DNA of 21,003 nucleotides from a candidate division FCPU426 bacterium (lineage in GTDB: Bacteria; Oederibacteriota; JAAXVQ01; JAUVAV01), in assembly GCA_030637655.1 (NCBI GenBank), contig DAOWGI010000075.1, forward strand, positions 1 through 21,003, in the 5' to 3' direction. Below, piece by piece: positions 1 through 8,401 of the stretch. The stretch's first letter is position 1. Every line of letters starts with the position of its first letter. The position numbers were made by a program, and so were the translations under genes. The notes beneath the pieces are model-generated. The model did not search any database, was not told the origin of the DNA, and saw only the letters and a program-made list of their open reading frames with translations.

Positions 1-2
1 GG

Positions 3-2312
3 TGGCAGATTTATGAAAACGGCTGGTCTCCGGAACTGCAAAATTTTCATGAGACTATATTTACCCTTGGGAACGGCTATGTGGGCAGCCGGGGTGTGTT
101 GGAAGAAAATCCCAAAGGTTCTCATCCGGGCACCTATTTTGCCGGTCTCTTTGACCGCATGGTCGCTCAGGTTCCGGAATTGGTGAATGCTCCCAACCCC
201 ATGTATATGCGGATTTCTGTGGATGGTGAGAAACTCGGGGCCATGGCCATGGATATCACGGATCATCGCAGAATTCTGGATATGCGCCGTGCTTTTTTAA
301 CGCGTCGGACAGTGTATTCCTCAACCATGAAAAAACGTTTTTCCTACCAATCCTTGCGTTTCTTTTCCTTGTTGGACAAGCATATGGCTATCGCGCGGGT
401 ATATTTGACACCCTTGGATGGGCCGGCCAATTTTGCCATCATTTCCGAGGTGAATACCGCGGTGGTGAACAAAGGGATTGTGACAGAGGGGGATAAAAGG
501 GCGTTTAATATTTCTGAGGTAGATAAACAAGGGGATGTGGATTATTTCTGTGTCAAGACTCTGGAAAAAGAGACCCTGATTGCTTATGCCTCGCTCATGC
601 AGATTGAGCATCGTAATCGCACTTATTTTGAACCGCATCGCACCTTTGCCTTGCATGTGAAAAAGGGTGAGACGATTTGTATTACCAAGTACATCAGCTT
701 TTACAATTCCCGGCATATCAATCCCTCCCGGGTAAAACGCCTGGCTATTGAAAATGTCGAGAAATCCGCCCGTAAAGGTTTTGAAGCCATGGCGCAGGAG
801 CACATTAAAGCTTGGGCTATTCGTTGGAAAGAAGCGGATGTGAGCATTCCCGGTGATCCGGATACAGAACGTGCTTTGCGTTTTAATATTTATCACCTTT
901 TAATTGCGGGTAATCCAGGGGATACCACAGGTATTGGCGCCAAGACCTTGTCCGGCGAAGGGTATCGGGGACACACTTTTTGGGATACAGAACTGTTTGT
1001 GCTGCCGTATTTCACCTTCAATTTTCCCAAGATGGCTAGAAATTTGGTGATGTATCGTTATAATCGTTTGCCCCAAGCAATGGAGAATGCTAAAAAAAGA
1101 GGTTTTGAGGGAGCCATGTATCCCTGGGAATCCGCCGATACCGGAGAAGAGGTCACGCCGGAATGGCATCGTGATTTTGACGGAACCCTGAAAAAAATAA
1201 CCACCGGACTCATAGAACAGCACATTACCGCGGATGTGATTTATGGTCTGTTTCAATATTATATTGTTACGAATGATGAGGAATTTATGCTGGACTGCGG
1301 TTTGGAAATGCTTATCCAGACCGCGCGGTTTTGGACCAGCCGAGTGACCTGGAATAGTAAACGTAAATGTTATGAGTTCAATAATGTTATTGGGCCGGAT
1401 GAGTTTCATGAAGGAGTTAATAACAACGCGTTTACCAACCGTATGGCCGGCTGGAACATGGATATCGCGGCCAAGTTATACCGGATTTTTCGGTTGAAAA
1501 ATCCCCAAGCCGTAAAAAAAGTGGCTGACAAAGTTGATTTGCGAACCGGAGAGCCGGAGGACTGGCGACGGATAGCGGCCAACATCCCTATCCGTATCAA
1601 AGGGGAGCTTATTGAGGCGTTTGAAGGATACTTCAAACGGCGTGATTTGCCTTTAACTGAGGTAAATGATTATTTTATTCCAATCTTGCCGGATATGCCG
1701 TCCAAAGAACTGGAAACCACGCAATATGTCAAGCAGGCGGACGTGGTTATGTTGCTTTTTCTTTTAGAGAGTGAATTTACACCGGAACAGATCAAAGCGA
1801 ACTATCAGTATTATGAGCGGCGTACCTTGCACAAATCATCACTCTCGCCGTCTATCCACGCTTTAGTGGCTGCCCGGCAAAATGATATGACTCATGCCAA
1901 ACGGTATCTGCAAGCGTCGGTGATGACTGACTTAAAAGATGTGCATGACAATACAGCCAACGGTATGCATGCGGCTAGTCTGGGAGGAACCTGGCAGGCT
2001 GTGGTCTTGGGTTTTGGCGGTGTGCGTTTAGTCCGGAGAGAATTGTGTATTGATCCGCATCTGCCGGTTAATTGGAAAACCCTCTCGTTTTGTATACGTT
2101 TTCAGGGAGATCCGGTTTGGATTACGGTATCTTCGAAGGAGGTCAAGCTGAGATGGGAAACCAAGCGTAAAGGGAAGAAACTACCGGTCAAAGTGTTTGG
2201 GCATCATTACCAGATTACTTCCAATCGGTCTATAAGTATGGGAACCAAGCTCCAGCGGAAACCCGGTAAAAAAGCGGTTAAGAAGGCTAAGCGGAAAGTG
2301 AAAAAAAAATAG
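3..2312 (+). CDS. Glycoside hydrolase family 65 (kojibiose/trehalose/maltose phosphorylase-like), 5'-partial
   Basis: The frame is open from the window edge (WQIYENGWSPELQNFHETIFTLGNGYVGSRG is the GH65 N-terminal motif), so the true start lies upstream. Motifs seen: YRGHTFWDTE, GAMYPWES, EQHITAD, catalytic GPDEFH, KQADV and phosphate-binding HKSSLS. Confidence 0.93.
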   Translation, partial: WQIYENGWSPELQNFHETIFTLGNGYVGSRGVLEENPKGSHPGTYFAGLFDRMVAQVPELVNAPNPMYMRISVDGEKLGAMAMDITDHRRILDMRRAFLTRRTVYSSTMKKRFSYQSLRFFSLLDKHMAIARVYLTPLDGPANFAIISEVNTAVVNKGIVTEGDKRAFNISEVDKQGDVDYFCVKTLEKETLIAYASLMQIEHRNRTYFEPHRTFALHVKKGETICITKYISFYNSRHINPSRVKRLAIENVEKSARKGFEAMAQEHIKAWAIRWKEADVSIPGDPDTERALRFNIYHLLIAGNPGDTTGIGAKTLSGEGYRGHTFWDTELFVLPYFTFNFPKMARNLVMYRYNRLPQAMENAKKRGFEGAMYPWESADTGEEVTPEWHRDFDGTLKKITTGLIEQHITADVIYGLFQYYIVTNDEEFMLDCGLEMLIQTARFWTSRVTWNSKRKCYEFNNVIGPDEFHEGVNNNAFTNRMAGWNMDIAAKLYRIFRLKNPQAVKKVADKVDLRTGEPEDWRRIAANIPIRIKGELIEAFEGYFKRRDLPLTEVNDYFIPILPDMPSKELETTQYVKQADVVMLLFLLESEFTPEQIKANYQYYERRTLHKSSLSPSIHALVAARQNDMTHAKRYLQASVMTDLKDVHDNTANGMHAASLGGTWQAVVLGFGGVRLVRRELCIDPHLPVNWKTLSFCIRFQGDPVWITVSSKEVKLRWETKRKGKKLPVKVFGHHYQITSNRSISMGTKLQRKPGKKAVKKAKRKVKKK

Positions 2313-2529
2313 AACAAAGCAAAGATTGTCACTTGCCTCTTCGGGGCACAAGGAGATCACAGAGGATTGCCTGGAGCGACACAGAGGAACATGATGGGCG
2401 TCAAGCATGGAGATGAGAGGAAAATTATATTAGCTGCGAAGGTGGCAAAAAGAGGTAAGTGTTTCTCTGCTTCCGGTCGATACTAATAAGAATGACAGGT
2501 CTCATTTTATAATAAAAGGAAGATGTGCT

Positions 2530-2778
2530 GTGAGTACTGATCTAAATGATAAGACGCGTGCCATATTTATCACCCGTGAGGATGCACTGCAAAGGGCGAA
2601 GGTTTTTTTGCGCGAGCAGACCTGGGCCGATGAAGTCAATGAGCAAGAAGTGAAAATTATCGAGAGTAATGAATGTATCAATGTGCTCTTTCACTATAAA
2701 GAAACCCGTGCACCGCAAGCCACGATTATTTGTGTGGAAAAAATCGGTGGAGTAGTGAGTCACATTTCCTTGGGCTAA
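2530..2778 (+). CDS. Small hypothetical protein (PepSY/YrhB-like pattern)
   Basis: 82-aa ORF with GTG start after AAAGGAAG. The ITREDALQRAKVFL...INVLF...ICVEKIGGVV pattern resembles small alpha/beta PepSY or immunity-like domains. Confidence 0.6.
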   Translation: MSTDLNDKTRAIFITREDALQRAKVFLREQTWADEVNEQEVKIIESNECINVLFHYKETRAPQATIICVEKIGGVVSHISLG

Positions 2779-2886
2779 GCAATAATCCTTTCTGGTAAAA
2801 AATCGAATTGTACTTCCGGATTTGCTTGACATCCGGGTAAAAATTTGAGATCAATAAAGATAAATCTGTTTGCTGGGAGGCGGCCC

Positions 2887-3390
2887 ATGATTATGAGTAA
2901 ATTATTACCACTTGTCATGCTTTGTTTCCTCGTAAGTGCTTGCAGTACCTCAAGACCGGTTGTCAAGTTGGATGAGAATGCAGCCATTGACATGACCAAT
3001 GCCTTTATTAAAGCCCTGATGCAAGGTGACTACCAAAACGCCTATGATCAGTATATGTCTCCGGGAATAAAGTTCAATCCAAATTCTACCTTGGAACGGT
3101 TTTCCGCGGATTGGGTTGCCATAGTTGATAAATACGGTGTCTTGCAAAAAGCTGTATTTGATGCCTATCAAAGTGTGCCCGGCAAACGCGTGCTCCAGCT
3201 CTATTACCAAGTGACCCAGGAAAAAGTAGCAGCGCCGATTGTCTATCATTTTGTCTTGGAACAAGACAAAAAAAGAAAATTCACAATTTTTATTGTGGAT
3301 ATTGGTAATGAGAAAACCTATCCGCCCAACGCTAAAGTTCCGGTTGAGAAAAAAAGGAAAGAAGAAGTGATTGAGGTCTTGCCGGACTGA
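2887..3390 (+). CDS. Putative lipoprotein, unknown function
   Basis: GGGAGG SD at 2875-2880 precedes ATG 2887. Signal peptide with lipobox VSAC, then an 'AFIKALMQGDYQNAYDQYMS' helix typical of NTF2-like DUF lipoproteins. Confidence 0.8.
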   Translation: MIMSKLLPLVMLCFLVSACSTSRPVVKLDENAAIDMTNAFIKALMQGDYQNAYDQYMSPGIKFNPNSTLERFSADWVAIVDKYGVLQKAVFDAYQSVPGKRVLQLYYQVTQEKVAAPIVYHFVLEQDKKRKFTIFIVDIGNEKTYPPNAKVPVEKKRKEEVIEVLPD

Positions 3391-3521
3391 AACTTCTGAT
3401 TAAACCCTCTGGAAAGTTTCGGTTTTAGGGCTTATTTTGCGCCTGGATTTTTACTCAGGATCATGGGATAATTTCGTATTATTCATGCGCAAGAGGGGCC
3501 AACGACTCTGGGAGGGGTGCT

Positions 3522-4391
3522 ATGCCTTGTTTAAAAATATTTTGTTTCAAGCTTATTCTGGTGTTTTGTGGGTTATTATGTTGTGCCAACCTTGGAATGG
3601 CAAGTAATGAAAAAATCAAGAAAAAACCGTCATTGTATTCGTCATATGCTTCAGTATTGCAGCAGTATGTAAATGACCGTGGCCTGGTTCACTATGCGGA
3701 ACTGGCTGCGAATTCTAAAGCCCTGGATCAATTTTTGGATCAAATCAATCAAGTGCCTAAAGCTGTTTATCAACAATGGCCGGTGGATGAGCAGGTTGCT
3801 TTCTGGATCAACACCTACAATGCCATTGTTATTAAAATTATTGTGCAACATTATCCTCTGCAGTCCAAGGGATTGCACGCGCTTTTTTATCCGGATAATA
3901 GCATTAGTCAGATTCCCGGAGTTTGGAAAGAAATTCAGTTTCCGGTAATGGGTACACCCTTGAGTTTGGATACCATACAACACGATATTTTACGTAAAAA
4001 ATTCAATGAACCACGGATGCATATGGCTCTGGTGAATGCCTCGCTGGGAGCTCCGCGCTTGCGGAATGAACCCTATACCGGCTCACTTCTGCACGAACAG
4101 CTCAATGAACAAGTAAGGCGCTTTATTAAAGACCAAAGCAAATTCGGCCTGGATTTTAAAGCCAAGAGGATCTATTTGTCGCTCAGTTTAAAATGGCACG
4201 GAGAAGATTTTGTCGGCAAATATCAAACGCAGGATAAATTTAAAAAATATTCACGTGTGCATCAATCGATCTTAATTTGCTTGAGCAAACATCTGGGTGA
4301 AGAAACCATTCATCGTTTGGAAAAAGAAAAATATTCGGTTGTCTATTTGAAATATAATTGGACATTGAATCAAGCAGACCTGCGGAAGTAG
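3522..4391 (+). CDS. DUF547 domain-containing exported protein
   Basis: SD GGAGGGG and an N-terminal hydrophobic signal. DUF547-type motifs: GLVHYAEL, AFWINTYNA, EPRMHMAL, YNWTLN. Confidence 0.85.
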   Translation: MPCLKIFCFKLILVFCGLLCCANLGMASNEKIKKKPSLYSSYASVLQQYVNDRGLVHYAELAANSKALDQFLDQINQVPKAVYQQWPVDEQVAFWINTYNAIVIKIIVQHYPLQSKGLHALFYPDNSISQIPGVWKEIQFPVMGTPLSLDTIQHDILRKKFNEPRMHMALVNASLGAPRLRNEPYTGSLLHEQLNEQVRRFIKDQSKFGLDFKAKRIYLSLSLKWHGEDFVGKYQTQDKFKKYSRVHQSILICLSKHLGEETIHRLEKEKYSVVYLKYNWTLNQADLRK

Positions 4392-4649
4392 AAAGAAAGA
4401 AGGTGAACTACAAAGGTGCGGGAATCGTATTTATGCGCAAACAAATCCAGACTGCCGGTCCTCGGGCGGAAAAACGGCATTTGTTGAGTTTGGAAAAATC
4501 CTATCCGTTAAAAAAAGCCAATGAAGTGTAAATTTTATTCAATAAAAACCGAAAATAATAATAATGAATAATTTAAGCATGACAACAAAGCGTTTTTTTC
4601 AATACCTACACATTGAAGCGTATTATATTGTGCGGCGGGGGGATGGTAC

Positions 4650-6152
4650 ATGCCAAATATTTTAGTGGTAGATGATGAAAAGATAATTTGTGAGTCTTTG
4701 GCAATGATCCTGGCTTCGGATGGACATGCCATTGATGCGGCGGAGGACGGCTTGGATGCCCTGGGTCGGTTGTCGGAGAAGAAGTATGACTTGGTTATTA
4801 CAGATATGCGCATGCCCCGCATGGATGGGATGGAACTATTAAAAACCATTCAGCATCAGTGGGGAGCACAAACTCCGGTGATTTTGATTTCCGCGTATGC
4901 CAATGAAGCGGCCGTTTCTATGGCCTTGGACAATGGCGCCCGGGATTTGATTGTGAAACCTTTTGATATAAAAACCGTATGTGAATCTGTGAATTATGTC
5001 CTGAGTCATACAGCTTTTCCTTCGGTAGATGAGTTGGAAAAAATACAGAAGGAAAAAATACAGAATCGCCAACAAGAACAGGAAACGCAAAAGAAAATTC
5101 TGGAATATTCGGTTTTGGATGAAATTGGAAAAACCGTCAGTGCCAGCTCAGGAATTGAAAAAATAGGGTCCACAATCATCAGTATGGTCCAGCAAATAAT
5201 GGATGCGAATTATGCCTTGTTGGTAATTTACCAACCCGACAAAAGCGGGTATAAGTATCGCTGCGCTTATGTGAATGGTCAGGTGGCCTGGGTGGAACCC
5301 ACGGTGGCTGATGAATATGTTTTGGAGTGGTTGTTAAAAGAGCGACGTTCGCTCTTTGTAAAGGATTTAAGTAAGGATCGGGATTTTTCGGATGGTTATC
5401 CAACCGGCTCCTTGCTCGCAATTCCCTTCATGCGCAAATCCCAGGTCTTGGGCGCTTTGTTGCTGCACAACAAGGATAATTCCAAGCCTTTCAAATCCGA
5501 TGCCATGCAATTTTTGTCAGTCACGGCCAGTATGGCAACCGCGGCTATTGAAAATACCAATCTCTACAATGAATTAGGGAGTTATTTTAATGGTACTGTA
5601 AAAGCTCTGATTTCAACTATCGAAGCCAAAGATTCGTATGTATGGAATCATTCTTCCCGGGTGGCACGGTATACGTCCTTGTTTGCCCGGAATCTTAAAT
5701 TGAACGCGCTGGAGCAGCGGCGTTTGGAGTATCTGGCCATGTTGCATGACATTGGTAAGATTGCAGTGCCCGAGCGAATTTTACGGCAAAAAGCAAAATT
5801 GAATGATTGGGAAAAACAGATATTAAGCACCCACGTGGTGGTAGGGGAAAATATTGTCCGCTCCATTAATTTTTTGCCGGAAGGCACGAAAATCATTCGT
5901 GCGCATCATGAACGATTTGACGGGTCTGGCTTTCCAGATGGATTAAAAGGAGATGCTATTCCGCTTTTTGCGCGTATTATTTCCATTGCCAATGTATTTG
6001 ACAAATTAACTTCAGATTATCCGGGTTTTCAGACTATGGATGTGAATGATGCGGTTGAATTTATGATTCGAGATGCCGGCAAGGCATTTGATCCGTATTT
6101 GCTTAACATTTTTCTCACTGCTTTTCGCAAGACCGGGATTCGCGATTTTTAA
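4650..6152 (+). CDS. Response regulator with REC-GAF-HD-GYP architecture (putative c-di-GMP phosphodiesterase, partly degenerate)
   Basis: REC: ILVVDDE, DLVITDMRMP, ISAY, KPF. GAF: LLAIPF...LGALLL...ATAAIEN. HD-GYP: EAKD...HSSRV, LHDIGK, HHERFDGSGFPDGL. Confidence 0.92.
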   Translation: MPNILVVDDEKIICESLAMILASDGHAIDAAEDGLDALGRLSEKKYDLVITDMRMPRMDGMELLKTIQHQWGAQTPVILISAYANEAAVSMALDNGARDLIVKPFDIKTVCESVNYVLSHTAFPSVDELEKIQKEKIQNRQQEQETQKKILEYSVLDEIGKTVSASSGIEKIGSTIISMVQQIMDANYALLVIYQPDKSGYKYRCAYVNGQVAWVEPTVADEYVLEWLLKERRSLFVKDLSKDRDFSDGYPTGSLLAIPFMRKSQVLGALLLHNKDNSKPFKSDAMQFLSVTASMATAAIENTNLYNELGSYFNGTVKALISTIEAKDSYVWNHSSRVARYTSLFARNLKLNALEQRRLEYLAMLHDIGKIAVPERILRQKAKLNDWEKQILSTHVVVGENIVRSINFLPEGTKIIRAHHERFDGSGFPDGLKGDAIPLFARIISIANVFDKLTSDYPGFQTMDVNDAVEFMIRDAGKAFDPYLLNIFLTAFRKTGIRDF

Positions 6153-6203
6153 ACATTGCCGGAATAAAAATACCACAGGCGTGAGCTGTGATATTTTTAT
6201 GTA

Positions 6204-6284
6204 AAAAAAGCGGGTGTGAAGAAAATTTGGTTGTCACTTTCGCATAGTCAGTCCTATGCGGTGGCAACCGTAGTGCTGGAAGGA
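6204..6284 (+). pseudogene. acpS: C-terminal remnant of holo-[acyl-carrier-protein] synthase
   Basis: Translates KKAGVKKIWLSLSHSQSYAVATVVLEG, matching the AcpS C-terminal signature (I-x-lS-lSH-xxx-YA-x-A-x-Vvle). In-frame TGA at 6189; no AcpS N-terminus (GIGxDiv) recognised nearby. Confidence 0.72.
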
Positions 6285-6294
6285 TGGAACGCAT

Positions 6295-7470
6295 ATGCTC
6301 AAACGTTGGATCATCCGGACCCGGGCTCTGGCTACCGAAGGGAACCCCCTGGAAGACAAATTGATTGTTATCTCCGGTAAACGTATTGAAAGTATCTTGC
6401 CGGCTTCCGCGGCCAGACGTTTTTCCGGCAAGGCCTTTATCAGCGGCCAACGCTATTTGGTTTTTCCCGGCTTAGTGGATATTCATTGCCATGGCGGCGG
6501 CGGGGTGGATGTACATAGCCTGGGCGGCCTGTTGGCCACCTCCTATTTTCACGCCTCGCACGGCACTTCCGCGCTTTTGCTGACTATTTTTTTTGAAGGG
6601 CTCAAGGAGCTCACCCGTATGGCGGAATTAATTCGGGAAGCACGTCCCTTGGCACCTTTGCGCTTGTTGGGTCTTCACCTGGAAGGCCCTTATATCAATC
6701 CTGAAATCCGCGGTGCCATACCACATGAGACTTTGAGAAATATTCGCACTCCGGATGTGCGCAAACTGGTGGATGCCGCGTGCGGCGAATTAAAGATGGT
6801 AACCATAGCGCCCGAAGTTCCTGGAGCTGAAGGAGCGATTAAGGCGTTTCGTGAAGCCGGCGTGGTAGTGGCCATGGGTCATTCTTTGGCCACTACTAAT
6901 GAAGCGCGCGCCGGTGTTGACTGGGGCGCCAATTCTGTCACGCACTTGGGAAACGCCATGCGTCCTTTTCATCAACGGGATCCCGGTTTGGTGGGGACAG
7001 CGCTTACTGATCAGCGTCTGATGGCGGAAATCGTAGCGGATGGCAATCATCTGGCGCCTGAGACATTGAATATGTTTTTCCGGGCCAAAGTCGGCGATTT
7101 GATTCTGGTCTCGGATTGCCGCTGGGTGGGCGGTATGCCTGAAGGTGAGCATCAGCAGGGAACGCGGGAAAAACTTTTAGTTCAGAATGGTGTGGCGCGC
7201 CGGCCGGACGGGACATTGGCTGGGGCGATTCATCCTTTATGGAAAGGTGTGACCACCATGGCCGCGCTTCCGGAAGTAAGTATCTTTGCTGCTGTGCGCA
7301 TGGCCACCCGGAATCCGGCCAAACTTTTAGGTAAAAAAAATCTAGGCCGGATCAGCGTCGGCGGGCGCATGGATTTAATTTTGGCTGGGCCGGACTACTC
7401 TTTGCGCCGGGTTTTTGTAGGCGGCGAAGAGGTTTTCCGCGCTGCAAACGAACCGCCTTTGCCGGTCTAG
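6295..7470 (+). CDS. nagA: N-acetylglucosamine-6-phosphate deacetylase
   Basis: Motifs PGLVDIHCHG, GLHLEGPYIN, TIAPE, MGHS, THLGNAM, ADGNH, LVSD, GTLAG and ATRNPA. Confidence 0.9.
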   Translation: MLKRWIIRTRALATEGNPLEDKLIVISGKRIESILPASAARRFSGKAFISGQRYLVFPGLVDIHCHGGGGVDVHSLGGLLATSYFHASHGTSALLLTIFFEGLKELTRMAELIREARPLAPLRLLGLHLEGPYINPEIRGAIPHETLRNIRTPDVRKLVDAACGELKMVTIAPEVPGAEGAIKAFREAGVVVAMGHSLATTNEARAGVDWGANSVTHLGNAMRPFHQRDPGLVGTALTDQRLMAEIVADGNHLAPETLNMFFRAKVGDLILVSDCRWVGGMPEGEHQQGTREKLLVQNGVARRPDGTLAGAIHPLWKGVTTMAALPEVSIFAAVRMATRNPAKLLGKKNLGRISVGGRMDLILAGPDYSLRRVFVGGEEVFRAANEPPLPV

Positions 7471-8245
7471 TATTTTTCTTGGCTTTTTCCCATATTGCCA
7501 ACAACTCGTTTTGCGTGTAGTCAGACAGTGTTTTTTTTGTCCGCTTGGCTTCTGTTTCAACTTTTGAAAAACGTTTGATAAATTTGGCAATAGCTTGATG
7601 CAGAGCATCCTCCGGATTGGTCCCGGCAAAACGGGCCAAATTAACCAAAGCAAAAATAGCATCACCCAGTTCTTCCGTGATTTTGGTTTGGCTTTGAGAA
7701 AGCAGGGCTGATTCCAATTCGATAATTTCTTCGTTTACCTTGGCCACTGCTTCATCAATCCGGGCCCAGGTGAAGCCAACCCGGGCTGCCTTGGCTTGCA
7801 CCCGGTGTGCGCGCAACAAAGCAGGCAGAGTTCGGGGCACACCGGCCAGTAAAGATTTACCTGAGCCCTTGCGCTCACGGCGTTTGATCTCCTCCCAGTT
7901 TTCCAAGACCTGACCGGAAGTGCGTAAACGTTCAGAACCAAACACATGCGGATGACGCCGGGTCATTTTTTCCAAACTGCCTTGAATAATATCGTAGATA
8001 TCAAAATGTCCGGCTTCTGAAGCCAATTGGGCGTGGAAAATTACTTGGAATAATAGATCACCCAGTTCGTCTTTCAGTTTTTTTGGTTGTCGGGAAGCAA
8101 GGGCTTCTAAAACTTCGTGTGCTTCTTCCAATAAAAAAGGGCGCAGAGTTTTATGCGTCTGCTTGCGGTCCCAGGGACAACCGTTTGGCGCTCGCAAGCG
8201 TGCCATGAGTTTGACCAAGTGATGGAAGTTATTTTTCGCTGTCAT
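7352..8245 (-). CDS. mazG: Nucleoside triphosphate pyrophosphohydrolase MazG (two MazG domains)
   Basis: LRAPNGCPWDRKQT, EEAHE, ELGDLLFQVIFHA, RRHPHVF and a second domain with EELGD. Start chosen at ATG 8245 after a GGAGGG SD. Confidence 0.93.
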   Translation of the reverse strand: MTAKNNFHHLVKLMARLRAPNGCPWDRKQTHKTLRPFLLEEAHEVLEALASRQPKKLKDELGDLLFQVIFHAQLASEAGHFDIYDIIQGSLEKMTRRHPHVFGSERLRTSGQVLENWEEIKRRERKGSGKSLLAGVPRTLPALLRAHRVQAKAARVGFTWARIDEAVAKVNEEIIELESALLSQSQTKITEELGDAIFALVNLARFAGTNPEDALHQAIAKFIKRFSKVETEAKRTKKTLSDYTQNELLAIWEKAKKNTRPAKAVRLQRGKPLRRLQKPGAKSSPAQPKLNPCARRR

Positions 8246-8323
8246 AAACCCTCCATGCAAAATCCGGGAAATTATATCATAAAATCACGATTTAGCATGG
8301 GATAATGTGGGGCGGTGTTTGTA

Positions 8324-8363
8324 AAGTCAATTACCCTGCGGCTTGCCGCAGGGTAATTGACTT
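8324..8363. repeat. Perfect 19-bp-arm palindrome (REP/IS200-IS605-end-like; possible terminator)
   Basis: AAGTCAATTACCCTGCGGC-TT-GCCGCAGGGTAATTGACTT lies between the TPR gene stop and the mazG start. Confidence 0.8.
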
Positions 8364-8401
8364 CTTCGCCTTGGGCATATTTCAAACAAATTCGTGCCAA
8401 G

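Noticed and set aside
81..83. GTG 81 as the GH65 start
   Set aside because: The conserved 'ETIFTLGNGY' motif lies upstream in the same open frame, so the gene starts before the window.
321..1636. Antisense ORFs within GH65 (and similar ones at 12837-13370, 14958-15491, 16832-17383, 20729-21001)
   Set aside because: These are shadow frames of well-supported genes with no recognisable motifs.
4433..4531. 32-aa ORF MRKQIQTAG... as a small gene or the missing acpS N-terminus
   Set aside because: No AcpS motif, no clear SD and no other support.
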